Positions 44,649-46,737 of a stretch of DNA of 46,737 nt are shown here, one piece after another. Origin of the DNA: a virus. Taxonomy: Duplodnaviria > Caudoviricetes. Both the position numbers and the translations under genes were made by a program. Under the pieces are notes generated by a model that saw only the letters and a list, made by a program, of their open reading frames with translations, was not told where the DNA came from and did no database searches. Where the stretch lies: IMG/VR virus record IMGVR_UViG_3300037873_000007, positions 1-46,737 of that record. One strand, given 5' to 3'. How positions within the stretch are numbered: the first letter of the stretch is position 1; every line of letters begins with the position of its first letter.

Positions 44649-45248
44649 CTAGATCGTGTCGCCCTCCAGAATCAGGCCCTCGTTGCGGCCCTGCTGGCGG
44701 ATCACGGCGAGGACTTCTTCCTTCGAGGTGGCCTTGTCGATGGCCTCCTTGAAGTCCCTGGTACCGGTCCCCCCTCGCTGAGCCATGACCGCTGCGTACT
44801 CGAACTCCGTGAGACCCTGGATAGCAACGTTGCGTGCCTCACGGGGGTCAGGGTGTTCCGAGTCGAACATGGGCTTGAGGAACTGAGGCTGGTTGGCATC
44901 GTCCGAGTTGGCATTCCCATCACCGTTGTTCTGGTTCTGGTTCTGCTGACCCTGCTGGGACGGCTGGTTGGTCGGCTGGTTGTTCTGCTGGGGAGGAGCC
45001 AAGGAGAAACCGAGAGACGTCGCCGCTGCCTTCATTGAGTCTGCGGTCACCTCGCCGTCGCCGATTACGTGGATGATGGCACCACGCTGGACGTCATTGA
45101 GATGTCCGAGACCCGACTCCGAGACTGCGAGACGGCCTTCGAGTTCCTTGATCCTGGTGTCCTTCTCCCCGAGCTTCGAGTGAGCCGAGTCGATCAGCTG
45201 ACGCAGCTTGGACGGATCTTGCTCGTCGTTGACGTTGTCGTTGGGCAC
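44649..45248 (-). CDS. Capsid scaffolding protein, 199 aa
   Basis: Directly upstream of capsid gene; coiled N-terminus, Q/N linker, AIDKATSKEEVLAVI C-terminus; GAGGTGA RBS. Confidence 0.75.
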   Translation of the reverse strand: MPNDNVNDEQDPSKLRQLIDSAHSKLGEKDTRIKELEGRLAVSESGLGHLNDVQRGAIIHVIGDGEVTADSMKAAATSLGFSLAPPQQNNQPTNQPSQQGQQNQNQNNGDGNANSDDANQPQFLKPMFDSEHPDPREARNVAIQGLTEFEYAAVMAQRGGTGTRDFKEAIDKATSKEEVLAVIRQQGRNEGLILEGDTI

Positions 45249-45331
45249 TTCACCTCTCCTCGCCTACGCCCTGGGTTAGGAGGTTCGCCAGGGGAACGGT
45301 GAGAGGAGTGTACATCAGGGGTCGGCGAGTG

Positions 45332-46135
45332 CTAGTCCGATGCGCTGCCGACTGCGAAGCCTTCCTGGCCCGCTGCGAACGTCGAGGTGCCCTGATACTC
45401 GGCGAGGCGGTTCGAGCGGCGCCGTTCCACCTCCTGCCCGAGCTGGGCATCGCCGGCCAAGAGTTCGATCTGCTGGTCCGTGGTGATGTCCGTCTCCGTG
45501 CCGACCTGGGCCTTGAACAGCTCCTCGTTCTGCACGAGCTGAGAGAAGCCGGTCAGGGCTTGCTCCCGATTGATGCCAGAGGTGAGGAGACGCTGGGCTT
45601 GGGCCGCAGTGATGTCGCCAAAGCCTGCTCGGGCTCCTGCACCGGCGAGCTGAGACGTGCGGTACTTCTGCTGAAGGATGCCAAGGTTGACCTTGGGGTT
45701 CATCCAGTAGGACATGAGATCGCCATTCGTGACTTCGGGGTAGAGACGCTGGAGGGCGGACTTGGTCTCAGAGTCATCCTCGAAGATGGCAGCAGCGGTG
45801 ATGGCAACGACTTCCTCGGCCTCACGGAACGACTTGTTATTCGAGATCATCATGTCCACTTGGGCCTTGGAGATATTCATACCCCATTGAGTAGAGAGAG
45901 CCGAGATGCCCTGCTCGTAGGCGAGGTAGTCCTCGGGCGTGATGGGCGGGTAGCCCTTGGCCTCACGGGCTTTGATGCCGGGGAACCGAGCATTGAACTC
46001 AGGCCGGTTGAAGAGTTCGAGAGAGATCTGATCCTCGGACCAACCCTGGATGATGGCCTCGGTAGCCCAGCCCAAGAGGGAAGTGAGGCCATAGCGGGCG
46101 AGGGCCTGCTGGAGCATCGGAGGGACGCCGGCCAT
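45332..46135 (-). CDS. Putative internal virion protein, 267 aa
   Basis: RFPG...R...G...I.PEDYLAYE motif; helical; structural operon. Confidence 0.65.
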   Translation of the reverse strand: MAGVPPMLQQALARYGLTSLLGWATEAIIQGWSEDQISLELFNRPEFNARFPGIKAREAKGYPPITPEDYLAYEQGISALSTQWGMNISKAQVDMMISNNKSFREAEEVVAITAAAIFEDDSETKSALQRLYPEVTNGDLMSYWMNPKVNLGILQQKYRTSQLAGAGARAGFGDITAAQAQRLLTSGINREQALTGFSQLVQNEELFKAQVGTETDITTDQQIELLAGDAQLGQEVERRRSNRLAEYQGTSTFAAGQEGFAVGSASD

Positions 46136-46638
46136 TAGTCATCCACCCAGAAATGACCGTCACGAAGAGGAGAGCAGTTCTTACCTCCCCATACGAGCCA
46201 TCCATCGGCTCGGAGTTCATCGGTGATCTCTTGCTCTAGAGTGAGAGCTTCCTCTCGTGTAGAGCAGGGAACAGCTTTGACGAGAGACTTTACTCCATAC
46301 CGTTTCGTCACCTTTGCCCCCCTCCCGGCCCGGTGGTCACTGAGACGCTTCTCCAGATTTGAAGTCATCCCGACATACCAACCACCTCGGGGGATGTTCA
46401 ACTCCAAGACATACACGACGAATGGAGAGGAGATGGGCTCGCCTCCCAGATTGGACCGTTGCACGGCGGATACCGGGCTCAGTGCCGAGTTAGGCGGCTC
46501 CTGAGGACGAGCGAGACGGGGGTACGTAGCCACCGGACCGGCCTGCGGCCGGACCGCCCCCATCAGTCGTCCCCGCCACCAACATCGCACAGGCCCACCA
46601 CCCCGCAAGGCCACAATCAAGGCTCGTTCAGAGGCCAT
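46135..46638 (-). CDS. GIY-YIG nuclease (free-standing; true start uncertain)
   Basis: VYVLEL...WYVGMTSNLEKRLSDH..GRGAKVTKRY...EEALTLE. Confidence 0.85.
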   Translation of the reverse strand: MASERALIVALRGGGPVRCWWRGRLMGAVRPQAGPVATYPRLARPQEPPNSALSPVSAVQRSNLGGEPISSPFVVYVLELNIPRGGWYVGMTSNLEKRLSDHRAGRGAKVTKRYGVKSLVKAVPCSTREEALTLEQEITDELRADGWLVWGGKNCSPLRDGHFWVDD

Positions 46639-46737
46639 TGAGTCACCTCATCCCGAAGGCCTTGAGAAGGTTGTTGGTCATGCTGGCCCCCATAGCCATG
46701 CCGTTCTTCGTCTTCCAGAACCTCTCGTCCCGTCGAG
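46611..46737. repeat. 127-bp terminal overlap (copy 2)
   Basis: Identical to 1-127. Confidence 0.95.

Noticed and set aside
46135-46638. Group I intron around the GIY-YIG ORF
   Set aside because: No recognisable P7 R/S core elements, and both flanking genes appear intact

Overview
Apparently complete genome of a high-GC tailed dsDNA phage. Bases 1-127 recur exactly at 46611-46737, giving a unique circular length of about 46,610 bp. An actinobacterial host and podovirus-like morphology are inferred from the Amidase_2 lysin, TANNNT promoters, an N4-gp56-like capsid protein, large ejection-type proteins and no visible tape-measure or sheath gene. The minus strand carries the virion and lysis operon: HTH-fused terminase, portal, 1588-aa ejection protein, VanY+SLT hydrolase, then across the join a GIY-YIG insert, scaffold, capsid, tail genes, amidase and holin. 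The plus strand (12784-33555) carries early/middle genes: DUF932, DinG-like helicase, putative SSB, MazG, methyltransferase, Cas4-like nuclease, AAA ATPase, ERCC4 nuclease and family-4 UDG. No DNA polymerase, primase or integrase was recognised. The main signal is an RNA control layer on the early transcript: three type II hammerhead ribozymes with covarying loop-I/3'-tail pseudoknots in successive intergenic regions. The first is a variant-core ribozyme that can adopt two mutually exclusive folds coupled to the RBS of the first early gene. Also present are boxA-like antitermination motifs, a recurrent GAGAGGATGG start motif, a roughly 230-nt structured RNA, a tRNA-like gene with an aberrant anticodon arm, and candidate anti-defence genes (SAM lyase-like, Acb2/Tad1-like). 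All calls come from manual motif reading; no searches or folding programs were run.
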